In this document: one piece after another, positions 1 through 9,772 of the stretch
Layout of the letters: every line of letters begins with the position of its first letter
Position numbering within the stretch: position 1 is the first letter of the stretch
DNA from: Candidatus Pyrohabitans jungbluthii
Lineage (GTDB): Archaea; Hydrothermarchaeota; Hydrothermarchaeia; Hydrothermarchaeales; BMS3B
NCBI GenBank assembly: GCA_002010065.2
Contig: MTMD02000002.1
Span: forward strand, 256,001-320,000
Length of the DNA: 64,000 nt
Direction: 5' to 3'
Position numbers and translations under genes: made by a program
The notes under the pieces: model-generated
What the model was told of the DNA's origin: nothing
What the model saw: the letters and a program-made list of their open reading frames with translations, nothing else
The model's database searches: none

Positions 1-546
1 AGTCTCAAGTACGCCAACGCGGGTTGCACCGTTTGCTTTGGCAAGGGCAAGGGCGCGCTCCTTAGCTTTGCCGGTGTAGTCCTGCTCCACCGCAATGAGC
101 GCCGGCACGCCCGAGCCGCGTTCATACTCCCGCCTCACCATGGCTCCTGGCCCCTTGGGAGCCATCATTATCACATCCACATTGCTGGGCGGCACAATTT
201 GCGAGAAGCGGATGTTGAAGCCGTGGGAGAAGCTCAGGGCATTGCCCTCCTCAAGGTTGGCATGAATGTACTTCCTGTAAACCTCGGGCTGAGCTTCGTC
301 GGGGATGAGCATGTGCACAATTGTGCCCCGCTTGGCGGCTTCATCTATTGGCAAAACCTCAAAGCCGTCGCGGGACGCGCGCTCCCAGGATGCGCCACCT
401 TCACGCAGGCCAAGAACAACCTCCAAACCCGAGTCGCGAAAGTTCTGCGCCTGCGCGGAGCCCTGAATCCCGTAACCTATAACAGCAATGGTCTCGCCTT
501 TCAAAACATCAAGGTCTACATCCTTGTCATAGTATATCCTCGCCAA
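1..546 (-). CDS. ilvC: Ketol-acid reductoisomerase, 5' part (runs off the window start)
   Basis: Not in the ORF track. Manual translation from TTG at 546 (GGTGA RBS upstream) gives [29 protein letters not shown]...FSHGFNI...APKGPG, typical of class I KARI. Confidence 0.93.
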   Translation of the reverse strand, partial: MARIYYDKDVDLDVLKGETIAVIGYGIQGSAQAQNFRDSGLEVVLGLREGGASWERASRDGFEVLPIDEAAKRGTIVHMLIPDEAQPEVYRKYIHANLEEGNALSFSHGFNIRFSQIVPPSNVDVIMMAPKGPGAMVRREYERGSGVPALIAVEQDYTGKAKERALALAKANGATRVGVLET

Positions 547-595
547 TCATATCACCTCGAAGTGTAATCGCTCTAAAAATATTTAAATAATTCGT

Positions 596-700
596 CGAAA
601 TAGGGGAGCCTTCCCCTCCCCTATCACCCCTTCCGTACCGAAATAGGGGCGCTGCACCCCCTATTACCCCATCCGAACCAAATAGGGGCAACATACCCCT
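596..700. repeat. About 2.5 tandem imperfect hairpin repeats, AAATAGGGG-N7-11-CCCCTAT-YACCCC-WTCCGWAC
   Basis: Units at about 596-638, 639-678 and 679-700 (partial); ATAGGGG/CCCCTAT stems (shorter in the last unit) with variable loops. Confidence 0.8.
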
Positions 701-785
701 CAGCAATCTCGAAAAGACTGCAGAGAGCTGCGAGACCTCCTGCCACTACAGATTGAATAATTGCTTGTGGGTTTTAAATATAAGG

Positions 786-902
786 TCACTTTAAACTTCG
801 CTTACTCCCCACCCCCAAGAGGCGCTCTACCTCTTCCTGTATAACCTGTTTGCGCAGCTCAATCTCCAGCCACTTCTCAGCGAGACTCTCCTCTCTCCTC
901 AT
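786..902 (-). CDS. Putative small protein (38 aa), MRREESLAEKWLEIELRKQVIQEEVERLLGVGSKRSLK
   Basis: Below the ORF-track cutoff; ATG preceded by AGAGGA and a TTTATATA box; host-like codon style. Confidence 0.45.
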   Translation of the reverse strand: MRREESLAEKWLEIELRKQVIQEEVERLLGVGSKRSLK

Positions 903-972
903 CGCAACTAGTTTCCTCTCATGCTATATAAACCTTTCTATTGTGAAGTGTTACTTTCAGCGATAATAGCAA

Positions 973-1284
973 TTGGTTATATACATGAAATTTATTTCAC
1001 ATAAAATGGTGAGCGAAGACATCTTCAGACTCCTAGGAAAGAAGGGTGTAATTGAACTCTTGGACAGTCTCGAAGGTAAGAAGTTGAAGTACAAGGAGCT
1101 TGAGAAAATTATAGGAAACCCATCAACCACCGCGAGGAGGCTTAAGAGTCTCGAGGAATACGGGCTTATCAAGAGGGAGGTCTCCTCTGAGAAGTACCGT
1201 CCTGTTTACTACTCTCTGACAAAAAAGGGTAGAAGGCTTCTTTTTGTTGTGAGAGAGGTAAGAGAGCAGTACGGTGAAACCTAA
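973..1284 (+). CDS. HxlR-family winged-helix transcriptional regulator
   Basis: RRLKSLEEYGLIKREV...PVYYSLTKKG pattern; true start may be a downstream ATG. Confidence 0.85.
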   Translation: MVIYMKFISHKMVSEDIFRLLGKKGVIELLDSLEGKKLKYKELEKIIGNPSTTARRLKSLEEYGLIKREVSSEKYRPVYYSLTKKGRRLLFVVREVREQYGET

Positions 1285-1321
1285 GCCAACCTATAAATAT
1301 GAGGGAAAATTTAATTAGATT

Positions 1322-2143
1322 TTGATAACAATGCCCGCCGTAAGTGTGGTAAGGGACTCAAAGCCGAATGTCAAGCGAGCTCTGGAGTACATTGGCTTTG
1401 AACCGAAAGAATGCGAGGTCTTGGTTATAAAGCCTCACCTGTGCAGCGATAAGCCTTGGTATACTGGCGCCACCACTGACCCGAGAATCCTCGAGCAGCT
1501 TTTCAAGCTTTATGAGGGCCTCGCAGAGGAAATTTACGTTGTTGAAAGCGACGGCTACTCAGGAAGCGCTGACGAGGCTGCAAAGGCTCTGGGAATTAAG
1601 GAGCTATGCGAGTTTTACGGCGCCAAATGGGTTAACTTGTCGCGGGACATCCTCATACCTGTGGAGAGGGACTACCTCGCCCTGGAGAATCCCTTCCCCA
1701 CACCGCGCACTGTGCTGAAGGCTGACGTTATCATCAACGTGCCCAAGATGAAAACCCACAGCTTAATGACGGTCAGCCTTGGACTGGCGAATATGTTCAG
1801 AATAGTGCCCCGCAGGAAGGAGATATACTACCCGAAAATCTCAGAGGCGATATGCGATGTGCTCATGATTCGCTCTCCTGATTTGACTATCCTTGACGCC
1901 GGCATAGCCATGGAGGGGGATGGACCCCTCAAAGGCACACCCAAGCGCATGGGGCTGACGCTGGCGAGTCGTGACCCCGTAGCTCTCGACACCATAGCCT
2001 GCAGAATAATGGGGATTAACCCCATACACGTGGAGCACATAGTCAAAGCTGGCTATTACGGCTTTGGTGAGTATGCAGAAAAGCGCATCTCAGTGCGCGG
2101 CGAGAGCATTGAAAACATCAGGGAGAGGTTCCAGGTACCCTAA
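1322..2143 (+). CDS. DUF362 family protein
   Basis: VIKPHL, ATTDP, INVPKMKTH, PDLTILDAGIAMEGDGP, DPVALD motifs. Confidence 0.85.
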   Translation: MITMPAVSVVRDSKPNVKRALEYIGFEPKECEVLVIKPHLCSDKPWYTGATTDPRILEQLFKLYEGLAEEIYVVESDGYSGSADEAAKALGIKELCEFYGAKWVNLSRDILIPVERDYLALENPFPTPRTVLKADVIINVPKMKTHSLMTVSLGLANMFRIVPRRKEIYYPKISEAICDVLMIRSPDLTILDAGIAMEGDGPLKGTPKRMGLTLASRDPVALDTIACRIMGINPIHVEHIVKAGYYGFGEYAEKRISVRGESIENIRERFQVP

Positions 2144-4815
2144 ACCTCCACCAGCGCCACCACCTGCGGGAGCTCAGGTATAGCCACGCTCTCTACCTCT
2201 GCCCCGGCGAGGGATATTGCTTTTCTCACCTCTTTTATATGCTCTTCTCTGAGCTCGTAACTTTTCCCTTCTAAGCTGAAGCGGTGCACACCTTCGTTCG
2301 CGATATCACGTGCCACAGCTTCAGCGTTGGAGCGCATGTATGCTACGACCTTGCTGGCATCGCCCTTAAACTCGGGGCCCAGCGAAGCGAAGTTGGGCAC
2401 AACCTCCACAACGCGCTCCTCTGCTGCTAAAGGCTCAGAGGTTATCTCCACTCGCTCAACCTGCAGCGTACCCTCTATCGTATCGACGCCCCGCTTCAGG
2501 GCTTCTGCAATCTCCTTAGGAGCGCTCACGGTGAGCGCCTTGAGCGGAGCATTGAGTGCCATTCCGCGCTCGGCCTTAAAGCGGCGCACCGCAGCTACGA
2601 GAGCTACGACGTAGCTCGCCTCCTTCTCCAGGGCGGGGCGTATTAAATCGCGGCGTGGCTTGGGCCAGGTATCCACATGGATGCTGGACTGTGGCTCGCG
2701 CTTGACGTAGTAGCTCTGGTATATCTCCTCGGTTATGTGCGGAGCAAATGGGGCGAGGAGTTTGAGAGAGATGAGGAGCACCTTATACAGCGCGTACTGC
2801 GCACTTCGCTTCGCTTCCTCGCCGTACTTCTCTGGGTTGTAGAGCCTCGCCTTGACCATCTCAAGGTAATTATCGCAGAAGTCCGAGAGGAAGAAGTTGA
2901 CCACCGCCTTCTTTGCTTTGGAGTAGCGGTACTCCTCAAAGTAAGAGGTGCACTTCTCCACTAAGCGGTAAGCCTTCGAGAGTATCCAGGCATCTATGAG
3001 GTTTAACTCCTCCGGCTTCTCGCCGTGGTAGTCCTGGAGGTGGGTCAAAGCGAAGCGCGAGGCGTTCCACAGCTTGTTCAGGAAGCGCTGCGCTGTTACG
3101 AGGTCCTTCTCCTTGAAGGGCAGGTCCTCGCCCAGCTTGCTCTCCGCCGCCCACAAGCGCAAAGCGTCGGCACTGTACTTTTGAAGCACATACTGGGGCT
3201 CTATGACATTGCCCTTGCTCTTGCTCATCTTCCTGCCCTGCGGGTCCAGAGCCCAGCCGCTTATCATGGCGTTGTACCAGGGTATCTCTCCGCGATGGAG
3301 CAAGCCTTTAACCACAGTGTTGAAGAGCCAGAAGGTGATTATGTCATGCGCCTGCGGGCGGAGAGACATGGGGTAGAGCTTCTTCCGCACCTCTTCGTCG
3401 TCGATTAGCTCCGCTGCTATAATCGGGGTAAGTGAGCTTGTAGCCCACGTATCGAGTACATCTCGCTCGGGCACGTACTCTTCGCTGCCGCAGCGCGGGC
3501 ACGGCGTTGGGGGTGCATCCAAGAGGGGATCAACTGGCAAATCCTCCTCCCTCGCGAGGATAACCTCGCCACAGGCTTTGCAGTACCACACCGGGAAGGG
3601 GACGCCGAAGTAGCGCTGGCGGGAGATGCACCAGTCCCAGCGCAGCCCATCAATCCAGTTCTCGTAGCGGGAGCGCATATGCTCCGGATGCCACTTTATC
3701 CTCCTGCCAGCCTCGCGGAGCTGCTCCTTCATGTCAAGATAACGTATAAACCACTGCTTGGTGTTCAGAATCTCTATCTCAGTACCGCAGCGCTCATGCA
3801 CATTCACCACGTGGGTAATCTTCCTTGACCTGACCAGCAAACCTTTCTCCTTGAGGTCTTCAATAATCCTCGCGCGCGCCTCCTTAACGGTCATGCCCTT
3901 GTACTTCCCAGCCAGCGCCGTCATCCGCCCGTCTTTGGTTATCGCCACCTTAAGCGGAAGGTTGTGCTCCATGTACCACTCTATGTCCTGCATATCGCCG
4001 AAGGTGCAGCACATCACTATGCCCGTGCCCTTCTCGGGGTTTACGCGGGGGTCTGGCTTTATCTCCACCCAGTGTTCAAAGATGGGCACCTGGGCGCGTT
4101 TGCCAAATAGGTGCTTGTACCGCTCGTCTTCGGGATGGGCGAATATGGCGACGCACGCCGGGAGAAGCTCAGGGCGTGTGGTGGCGATTACCACCTCGCC
4201 TCCGTCTTCCAGCTTGAAGATTATGTCGTTAAAGCTGCTCTCCACCTCGCGGTCTTCGAGCTCAACCTGAGCAATGGCGGTCTCGCAGTTGGGGCACCAG
4301 ATAAAAGGCGTCTCCTTACGGTACTCCCTTCCCATCTTGTAAAGCTCAATGAAGGAGCGCTGGGAAATTCGCCTGCAGTGCTCGTCAATGGTGGAGTACG
4401 CAAGCGTCCAATCCACGCTTATCCCTATGCGCTTCCAGTCTGCCACAAACTCCGGTCTAATCTTCTCAAGGGTGCTCAAACACAGGTTTATAAAGTCATC
4501 CCGCTTCATTTCCTTGGCGCGGACATTGTTCAGCTTCTCCACCAGGCGCTCCGTGGGTAAGCCGTTGTCGTCAGTGCCAAAGGGATAAAAAAGGTTGTAC
4601 CCGCGCATCCTCCAGAAGCGGGCAATAAAATCCATCTGCGAGTAAGAGAAAGCGTGACCAAGGTGCATGCGACCGCTTACCGTGGGTGGAGGGGTGTCGA
4701 TCGAGTAGATGGGCTTCTCGCTTTTAGGGTCGAAGCGGTAAACGCCAAGCTCCTCCCACCTGCGCTGCCACTTGGGCTCAATCTCTTTGGGGTCATAATT
4801 TTTTGGAAGCATCAC
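2140..4815 (-). CDS. valS: Valine--tRNA ligase
   Basis: DTPPPTVSGRMHLGH (HIGH-like), DWCISRQ, KMSKS; 891 aa. Confidence 0.97.
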   Translation of the reverse strand: MMLPKNYDPKEIEPKWQRRWEELGVYRFDPKSEKPIYSIDTPPPTVSGRMHLGHAFSYSQMDFIARFWRMRGYNLFYPFGTDDNGLPTERLVEKLNNVRAKEMKRDDFINLCLSTLEKIRPEFVADWKRIGISVDWTLAYSTIDEHCRRISQRSFIELYKMGREYRKETPFIWCPNCETAIAQVELEDREVESSFNDIIFKLEDGGEVVIATTRPELLPACVAIFAHPEDERYKHLFGKRAQVPIFEHWVEIKPDPRVNPEKGTGIVMCCTFGDMQDIEWYMEHNLPLKVAITKDGRMTALAGKYKGMTVKEARARIIEDLKEKGLLVRSRKITHVVNVHERCGTEIEILNTKQWFIRYLDMKEQLREAGRRIKWHPEHMRSRYENWIDGLRWDWCISRQRYFGVPFPVWYCKACGEVILAREEDLPVDPLLDAPPTPCPRCGSEEYVPERDVLDTWATSSLTPIIAAELIDDEEVRKKLYPMSLRPQAHDIITFWLFNTVVKGLLHRGEIPWYNAMISGWALDPQGRKMSKSKGNVIEPQYVLQKYSADALRLWAAESKLGEDLPFKEKDLVTAQRFLNKLWNASRFALTHLQDYHGEKPEELNLIDAWILSKAYRLVEKCTSYFEEYRYSKAKKAVVNFFLSDFCDNYLEMVKARLYNPEKYGEEAKRSAQYALYKVLLISLKLLAPFAPHITEEIYQSYYVKREPQSSIHVDTWPKPRRDLIRPALEKEASYVVALVAAVRRFKAERGMALNAPLKALTVSAPKEIAEALKRGVDTIEGTLQVERVEITSEPLAAEERVVEVVPNFASLGPEFKGDASKVVAYMRSNAEAVARDIANEGVHRFSLEGKSYELREEHIKEVRKAISLAGAEVESVAIPELPQVVALVEV

Positions 4816-5603
4816 CGCACCTCTTGCGTGCTTACCTCTATCTCTTTGTCAACCACAATGCGCATAAAATCCCTGGCAGCTATGGTTTTAACGCCAGTTT
4901 TTTTGGTAACGTGCTTAGCTTCTCTCTCTGCAATGCCAATCATCGTCATGCCGAAATGGTTCAGTATAGCAAGCTCAGGCTTTACCTCATGCAGAATTTT
5001 TATAACGTCCTCTGTGCATAGATGCCATGGGATTCTCTTATTAGCCGGGCGAATCACGTTTATTATCAAAACCCGAGCATCCGCATAGTTAGCTTCCAAG
5101 CCCGGGAAGTATTCGGTGTCGCTGGTGTACGCTACTATACCCTCCTCGAAGGCAAAGCTCAGCCCCACGTTGGTGGGGTCGCTGTGCTTTGTGGGCAGAG
5201 CCTTGACTCGAAGCCCGTCCACGCTCGCATGCATTCCCGGTTCAAGCGTCACAAGCTTAGCCACTTTAGATGCGTGGTACTGGGAGAGCACCGGCCCAAT
5301 ATCTTTAACGCCCACAACGGCACTCTTGCTTCCTGCGAATACCCCTCGCGTGGTTCGCATGCCGCGGGTCATGGCTTCGACCATAATCTCAGCGTCATTG
5401 TAATGGTCGGGATGCGAATGGGTGACGAAGACAGCATCGGTGCGAAGAGCGTTTATCCCCGCTAACGCAAGGTTAACTATCGCCCCAGGCCCAGGATCCA
5501 CGTGCACCCGCTTTTCTGCGTGGAGCCTTATTCCGCCTGTGCGCAACTTTTGGGTCAGGGTGGTCCAGCGCCCCCCGCCGGAGCCAAGGAATATTATCTC
5601 CAT
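4812..5603 (-). CDS. MBL-fold metallo-hydrolase
   Basis: FLGSGGGR, VDPGPG, THSHPDH, YTSDT, NHFG motifs; stop overlaps valS start. Confidence 0.88.
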   Translation of the reverse strand: MEIIFLGSGGGRWTTLTQKLRTGGIRLHAEKRVHVDPGPGAIVNLALAGINALRTDAVFVTHSHPDHYNDAEIMVEAMTRGMRTTRGVFAGSKSAVVGVKDIGPVLSQYHASKVAKLVTLEPGMHASVDGLRVKALPTKHSDPTNVGLSFAFEEGIVAYTSDTEYFPGLEANYADARVLIINVIRPANKRIPWHLCTEDVIKILHEVKPELAILNHFGMTMIGIAEREAKHVTKKTGVKTIAARDFMRIVVDKEIEVSTQEVR

Positions 5604-5624
5604 GAGAAAAGAAAGAGCTTTGGC

Positions 5625-6512
5625 TCAGATAAACTTTTTTGCCCTCTCAATAAGCCAGGCTGCGTCTCCGCGCACATTCTCTTTTTCATGGGTGAGCAGC
5701 TTCTCAAACGCCTTGCCAAGCTTCTCAAGCATCTCAGGCTTGGCCTTAAAAAGCTCTTCCAGGGCGAGCATTGCACCAATCTTAACCCGCATGTTCTGAT
5801 CCGCTATCAGATCCACGAGCACCTCGGCTATGCCCTCTTCGCGGACAGCCCACTCCCCAGCCTTTTCCGCCAGCCCCTTCTCCAGCATGTGCCTCACAAC
5901 TTCCCTCTGCCTACCTTTATCCACCACAGCCTCTATCGCATCCACTATTTCCTCGAGAGATGTCTCCCCCTCAAGCTTCAGCTTGCCATCCACAACAAGC
6001 GTCGGCGTGGCTGTGACCTCATACTCCTCCCGCAGCCTTTCCTCTGCAAGCGCATCCACTACCACGCTTTTTATCCAGTCTTCGCAAAGCGCAAGCAGAT
6101 TGCAGCGTTTAACAACCTTTGCACAGTGGGGGCAAACGCTGGTGATAAAGATTAGGAGCTCCACCTCCCGCTCAGGGTTTAAGAGCTTCAACCCCACTTC
6201 GGGCAGGCTCTCTCCATTTGCCGCCGCCTTTAAGGTTTCAAGAAATGGCTTCAGCTCCTTTCCCGTGGGAAGCGTTCGATACACCACCGCCTTCCTGCCT
6301 GCCTTCTCAATTGCCAGCGCTGGAGCGTGCGCTGAACTTTTCTCAACCTTCAGCTTTATTCTATCGCTCAGATTAGCCAGCGTCCGGGCAAATTCCTCCA
6401 TCTCGCTCTCAAGCTTCTCATCCCCATCCTTAAGGAGCACTAGGCTTACGCTGCCCTCTAATGAACGAAGCTCCCTCTCCGCTCTCCTCAGCTCAAGACC
6501 ACTCAGCGCCAT
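5625..6512 (-). CDS. Thioredoxin/PDO (AhpF-N-like) protein with C-terminal HEAT-like repeats
   Basis: CPHC motif, ATP cis-Pro loop, C-terminal helical repeats (VKIGAMLALEEL...VRGDAAW). Confidence 0.75.
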   Translation of the reverse strand: MALSGLELRRAERELRSLEGSVSLVLLKDGDEKLESEMEEFARTLANLSDRIKLKVEKSSAHAPALAIEKAGRKAVVYRTLPTGKELKPFLETLKAAANGESLPEVGLKLLNPEREVELLIFITSVCPHCAKVVKRCNLLALCEDWIKSVVVDALAEERLREEYEVTATPTLVVDGKLKLEGETSLEEIVDAIEAVVDKGRQREVVRHMLEKGLAEKAGEWAVREEGIAEVLVDLIADQNMRVKIGAMLALEELFKAKPEMLEKLGKAFEKLLTHEKENVRGDAAWLIERAKKFI

Positions 6513-6590
6513 ACCAAGACCTCTTCACAAAAGTTTTAGACGGGAAGGTTTGTAACAAGAACAACATTAACCTTTAGAGAGGTGTTACGA

Positions 6591-6776
6591 ATGAGCAAGG
6601 GTACACCTTCCATGGGCAAGAGGAACAAGCTCCTGCACGTGCGCTGCCGCAGGTGCGGAAGGAATTCCTACCACGTCAAGAAGAAGCGCTGCGCTGCGTG
6701 TGGCTTCGGCAAAACGCGAAGGATAAGGAGTTACTCCTGGCAGAACAAGAAAGTTAACCGCGTTCGCCTGGTGTAA
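6591..6776 (+). CDS. rpl37e: 50S ribosomal protein L37e
   Basis: [13 protein letters not shown]...[10 protein letters not shown]...CAACGFG; GAGGTG RBS before ATG 6591. Confidence 0.97.
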   Translation: MSKGTPSMGKRNKLLHVRCRRCGRNSYHVKKKRCAACGFGKTRRIRSYSWQNKKVNRVRLV

Positions 6777-6839
6777 TGACGTAACCTTTATTAGTATTTT
6801 TTGCCTATTTAGAAACGTCCAAGGAGAGAGGTTTCCAGC

Positions 6840-8246
6840 TTGCTACGCGACAAGTGCGGCGTGGTGGGAATATATTCCGCCAGCGATACAAAGGTCTCCT
6901 ATTCCATATTCTACGCTCTTCTTGCGCTCCAGCACCGCGGCCAGGAGTCATGCGGCATAACAATGCGCACCGACGGCGACTTCATATCAGAAAAGGGGAT
7001 GGGGCTGGTCAACGAGGTCTTCAACCTTGAGAAGCTGGACAAGCTACATGGCAGCGTTGGAATAGGGCATGTGCGCTACTCTACTACGGGTGAGTCTGAG
7101 CTGTTCAATGCCCAGCCCTTCGTTGTGAGGCACTCCAAAGGCACCATCGCCATAGCACACAACGGCAACATAGTCAATGCCGAGGAGCTCAGGGAGAAGC
7201 TCAAGGCGACCGGCCAGGCCTTTGTTTCCACCAGCGACACCGAGGTTATAGCCCACCTCATTGTAAGGGAGTACCTTAAGAGCGAGGACATGGTGGAGGC
7301 GATAGCCTCTACGATGAGGAAGCTCGTTGGGTCTTATTCGCTGGCGATACTCACCGACGACGCGCTTATAGCGGTGCGCGACCCCCTGGGCATACGCCCT
7401 CTCTCGCTTGGAAGAACCCGCGACGGGGGCTATATATTCGCCTCTGAGAGTGTAGCCTTTGATGTGATAAACGCAAAATTTGAGAGGGATATTAAGCCGG
7501 GAGAGATTTTTGTGGTCTCAGCGAGCGGAGCGAAAAGCCACCGCCCATACAAGCTCCCGCGCAGGGCATACTGCATGTTTGAGTACGTTTACTTCTCCCG
7601 CCCAGACTCAGTGCTCAACGGCATACCCGTGTACGAGGTGAGAGAGAAACTCGGCATGCTAATGGCGGAGCGTGACGAGGTTGAGGCAGACCTGGTTACA
7701 CCTATTCCTGACTCTGCGATTCCCTTCGCCCTGGGCTACTCCCGTGCCAAGGGCATACCTTATCGCGAAGGGTTAATACGCAACCGCTACGTGGGCAGAA
7801 CCTTCATTCTGCCCAGCCAGCAGGCTAGGGAGCTTGCGGTTAAGCTAAAGCTCAATCCCCTAGCCAGGCAGATTGCTGGCAAACGCGTTGTGCTCTTCGA
7901 CGACAGCATTGTGCGTGGCACGACATCGCGCAGGATAATTTCAATTCTTAAGGACGCCGGAGCTAAGGAGGTGCACATGCGCGTTGGTTGCCCGCCGATA
8001 AAGTCGCCGTGCAAGCTGGGTATAGATATGCCCACCCACGAAGAGCTTATCGCAAGCGCGCGAAGCGTGGAGGAGATACGCTCGGCCATAGGTGCTGACT
8101 CGTTGAAATACACCCGCATTGAAGATTTGATCGAAGCTATCGGCTTGAGTGAAGACCAGCTCTGCCTGGGCTGTCTCACAGGCAAGTATCCTGTTGAAAT
8201 TGCAAAGTACGAGCAGCTCCGCTTACCTGTTTATCTTAAAAAGTGA
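6840..8246 (+). CDS. purF: Amidophosphoribosyltransferase
   Basis: CGVVG N-terminal Cys, QHRGQES, GHVRYST, CMFEYVYFSRPDS, DDSIVRGTT. Confidence 0.97.
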   Translation: MLRDKCGVVGIYSASDTKVSYSIFYALLALQHRGQESCGITMRTDGDFISEKGMGLVNEVFNLEKLDKLHGSVGIGHVRYSTTGESELFNAQPFVVRHSKGTIAIAHNGNIVNAEELREKLKATGQAFVSTSDTEVIAHLIVREYLKSEDMVEAIASTMRKLVGSYSLAILTDDALIAVRDPLGIRPLSLGRTRDGGYIFASESVAFDVINAKFERDIKPGEIFVVSASGAKSHRPYKLPRRAYCMFEYVYFSRPDSVLNGIPVYEVREKLGMLMAERDEVEADLVTPIPDSAIPFALGYSRAKGIPYREGLIRNRYVGRTFILPSQQARELAVKLKLNPLARQIAGKRVVLFDDSIVRGTTSRRIISILKDAGAKEVHMRVGCPPIKSPCKLGIDMPTHEELIASARSVEEIRSAIGADSLKYTRIEDLIEAIGLSEDQLCLGCLTGKYPVEIAKYEQLRLPVYLKK

Positions 8247-8294
8247 GGTGTTTCATAAATCCTTAAACATGCTAAAGCTATGCGAGCGAGTAAC

Positions 8295-8367
8295 GGGCCC
8301 GTAGCTCAGCTGGTAGAGTGCTCGCTTGGCATGCGAGCGGCCCCGGGTTCGAATCCCGGCGGGTCCA
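8295..8367 (+). tRNA. tRNA-Ala (GGC), intronless, CCA not encoded
   Basis: GGGCCCG/CGGGTCC acceptor stem with G3:U70; CTCGC-TTGGCAT-GCGAG anticodon arm; GGTTCGAATCC T-arm. Confidence 0.97.
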
Positions 8368-8622
8368 TCTTCCTTCTTGGCTGTTTTTTTCCAAGACTAG
8401 TTATGTCAAGCTCGTACTCTCCCTACGGACTAACGACTCTCTCCAGAAAAATCAAGCAATTCTTGTTAACCCCTAACCTTATTGAAGTTGCTGTCAAAGG
8501 AGAGTCTTTTTTTGATTCCCCTTGAGCTCATCACGTAAACACTCACAGCGCTACAACAGAGAGGGTTTCTTCCTTAGCATCTACTTAGAAACCCTTATAT
8601 CACCACATGCTAAGCTATTAGT

Positions 8623-9564
8623 ATGCGCCTTTATATTCTCTTCATTTACCTAATCCTGGTGGGCAGCGCCTACGCTTTTGCCAATGAGGTGGATGTGATA
8701 CTCGTTAGAAGCGATCTGCCCCAGGAGTTTGCCGTGGCGCAGGCTTACTCCCACCTCTCAGGCATACCCATAGTTACAACGCCTTCGCAGGAACTGAGCG
8801 AGGAGGCGAGGGAACAGCTCAGGGGTTATATTAGCCTCGGGTATAGAAATCTGGTGATTATCGGCGGGGAGAAGGCAGTCTCGCTGGAGGTGCAGCGGGA
8901 GATAGACCAGCTTGGCTACGTTACCAGGCGGATAGCAGAAGCGGATCGCTATGGCACTGCCGCCACCTTTGCCAAGGAGTTCTACTCAAACTCAGAGGGT
9001 GCGATTCTGCTTTACGGCGAAAGCTCAGAGAACCTGCTCCTCGCCATGCGGCTCAGCTCTGCTACAGGCTACCCTATCCTCTTTGTAAGGCGCGATGGCG
9101 TACCGGCGGCAGTCAAGGATGCCCTCGCCTCACTGCACGTTAAGAGGGTGCTCCTCTTCCCCCAGGGGCTGGAGGCGAATGTGAAGGAGGAACTCTCAGG
9201 CTATGAGGTAATCCAGGTGGAAGAAGGCTTTCGCCTGCCCGAGCCCAGAAAGCTGGGATTGCCCCTCGCCTTTGTGGCAGGCTTTGCCCTGGGCATGCTG
9301 AGTGTGCTCGCCTACCTGCGGGCAAGGAAAATAAAGCAGAGGCTGCCCTACGAGATACTCAGCGAAGATGAGGAGCGCGTGATAAAAGCGATAGCCAGTG
9401 AGGGGGGCAGGCTAACCCAGGACGCTCTACCAGAGAAAACAGGATTTTCCAGGCCAAAGATAAGCAGGATTGTGAAGGAGCTGGTAGAGAGGGGGATAAT
9501 TGAAAAGGTGCCCAAGGGCAGAACCCATGAGCTTACAATAAAAAAGGAGTTTTACAGGGAGTAA
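8623..9564 (+). CDS. Membrane protein: signal peptide + cell-wall-binding-repeat-2-like domain + TM helix + C-terminal winged HTH
   Basis: N-terminal hydrophobic stretch ending AYA; IIGGEKAVS...RRIAEADRYGTA (CWB2-like); TM helix; LSEDEERVI...TQDALPEKTGFSRPKISRIVKEL. Confidence 0.75.
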   Translation: MRLYILFIYLILVGSAYAFANEVDVILVRSDLPQEFAVAQAYSHLSGIPIVTTPSQELSEEAREQLRGYISLGYRNLVIIGGEKAVSLEVQREIDQLGYVTRRIAEADRYGTAATFAKEFYSNSEGAILLYGESSENLLLAMRLSSATGYPILFVRRDGVPAAVKDALASLHVKRVLLFPQGLEANVKEELSGYEVIQVEEGFRLPEPRKLGLPLAFVAGFALGMLSVLAYLRARKIKQRLPYEILSEDEERVIKAIASEGGRLTQDALPEKTGFSRPKISRIVKELVERGIIEKVPKGRTHELTIKKEFYRE

Positions 9565-9772
9565 ATTTTCGATATGAGCACACAATGTAGGCCATTTCAA
9601 AAAATATCTTAATGCTGCTGTTATGGAAATGTTAGAAAATGTTATGAATGCTAATATTGCACTAAAGTGCTTTTGCTCGATATAAGCATTTCTGTGAGAA
9701 ATGGTTGCATCGGAAAGGTTAATATAGATGATTCTTCTTATCTACATGCAGCGAATAGAGAGGGAGTGGATT

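Noticed and set aside
199-567. 122-aa + strand ORF
   Set aside because: Antisense shadow of ilvC.
596-700. Mini CRISPR array
   Set aside because: The variable parts are only 7-11 nt loops inside the palindromes, not spacer-sized, and there are no cas genes in the window.
8280-8525. 81-aa ORF and a possible integration site at the tRNA
   Set aside because: The ORF overlaps tRNA-Ala; no integrase or duplicated tRNA 3' end was found.
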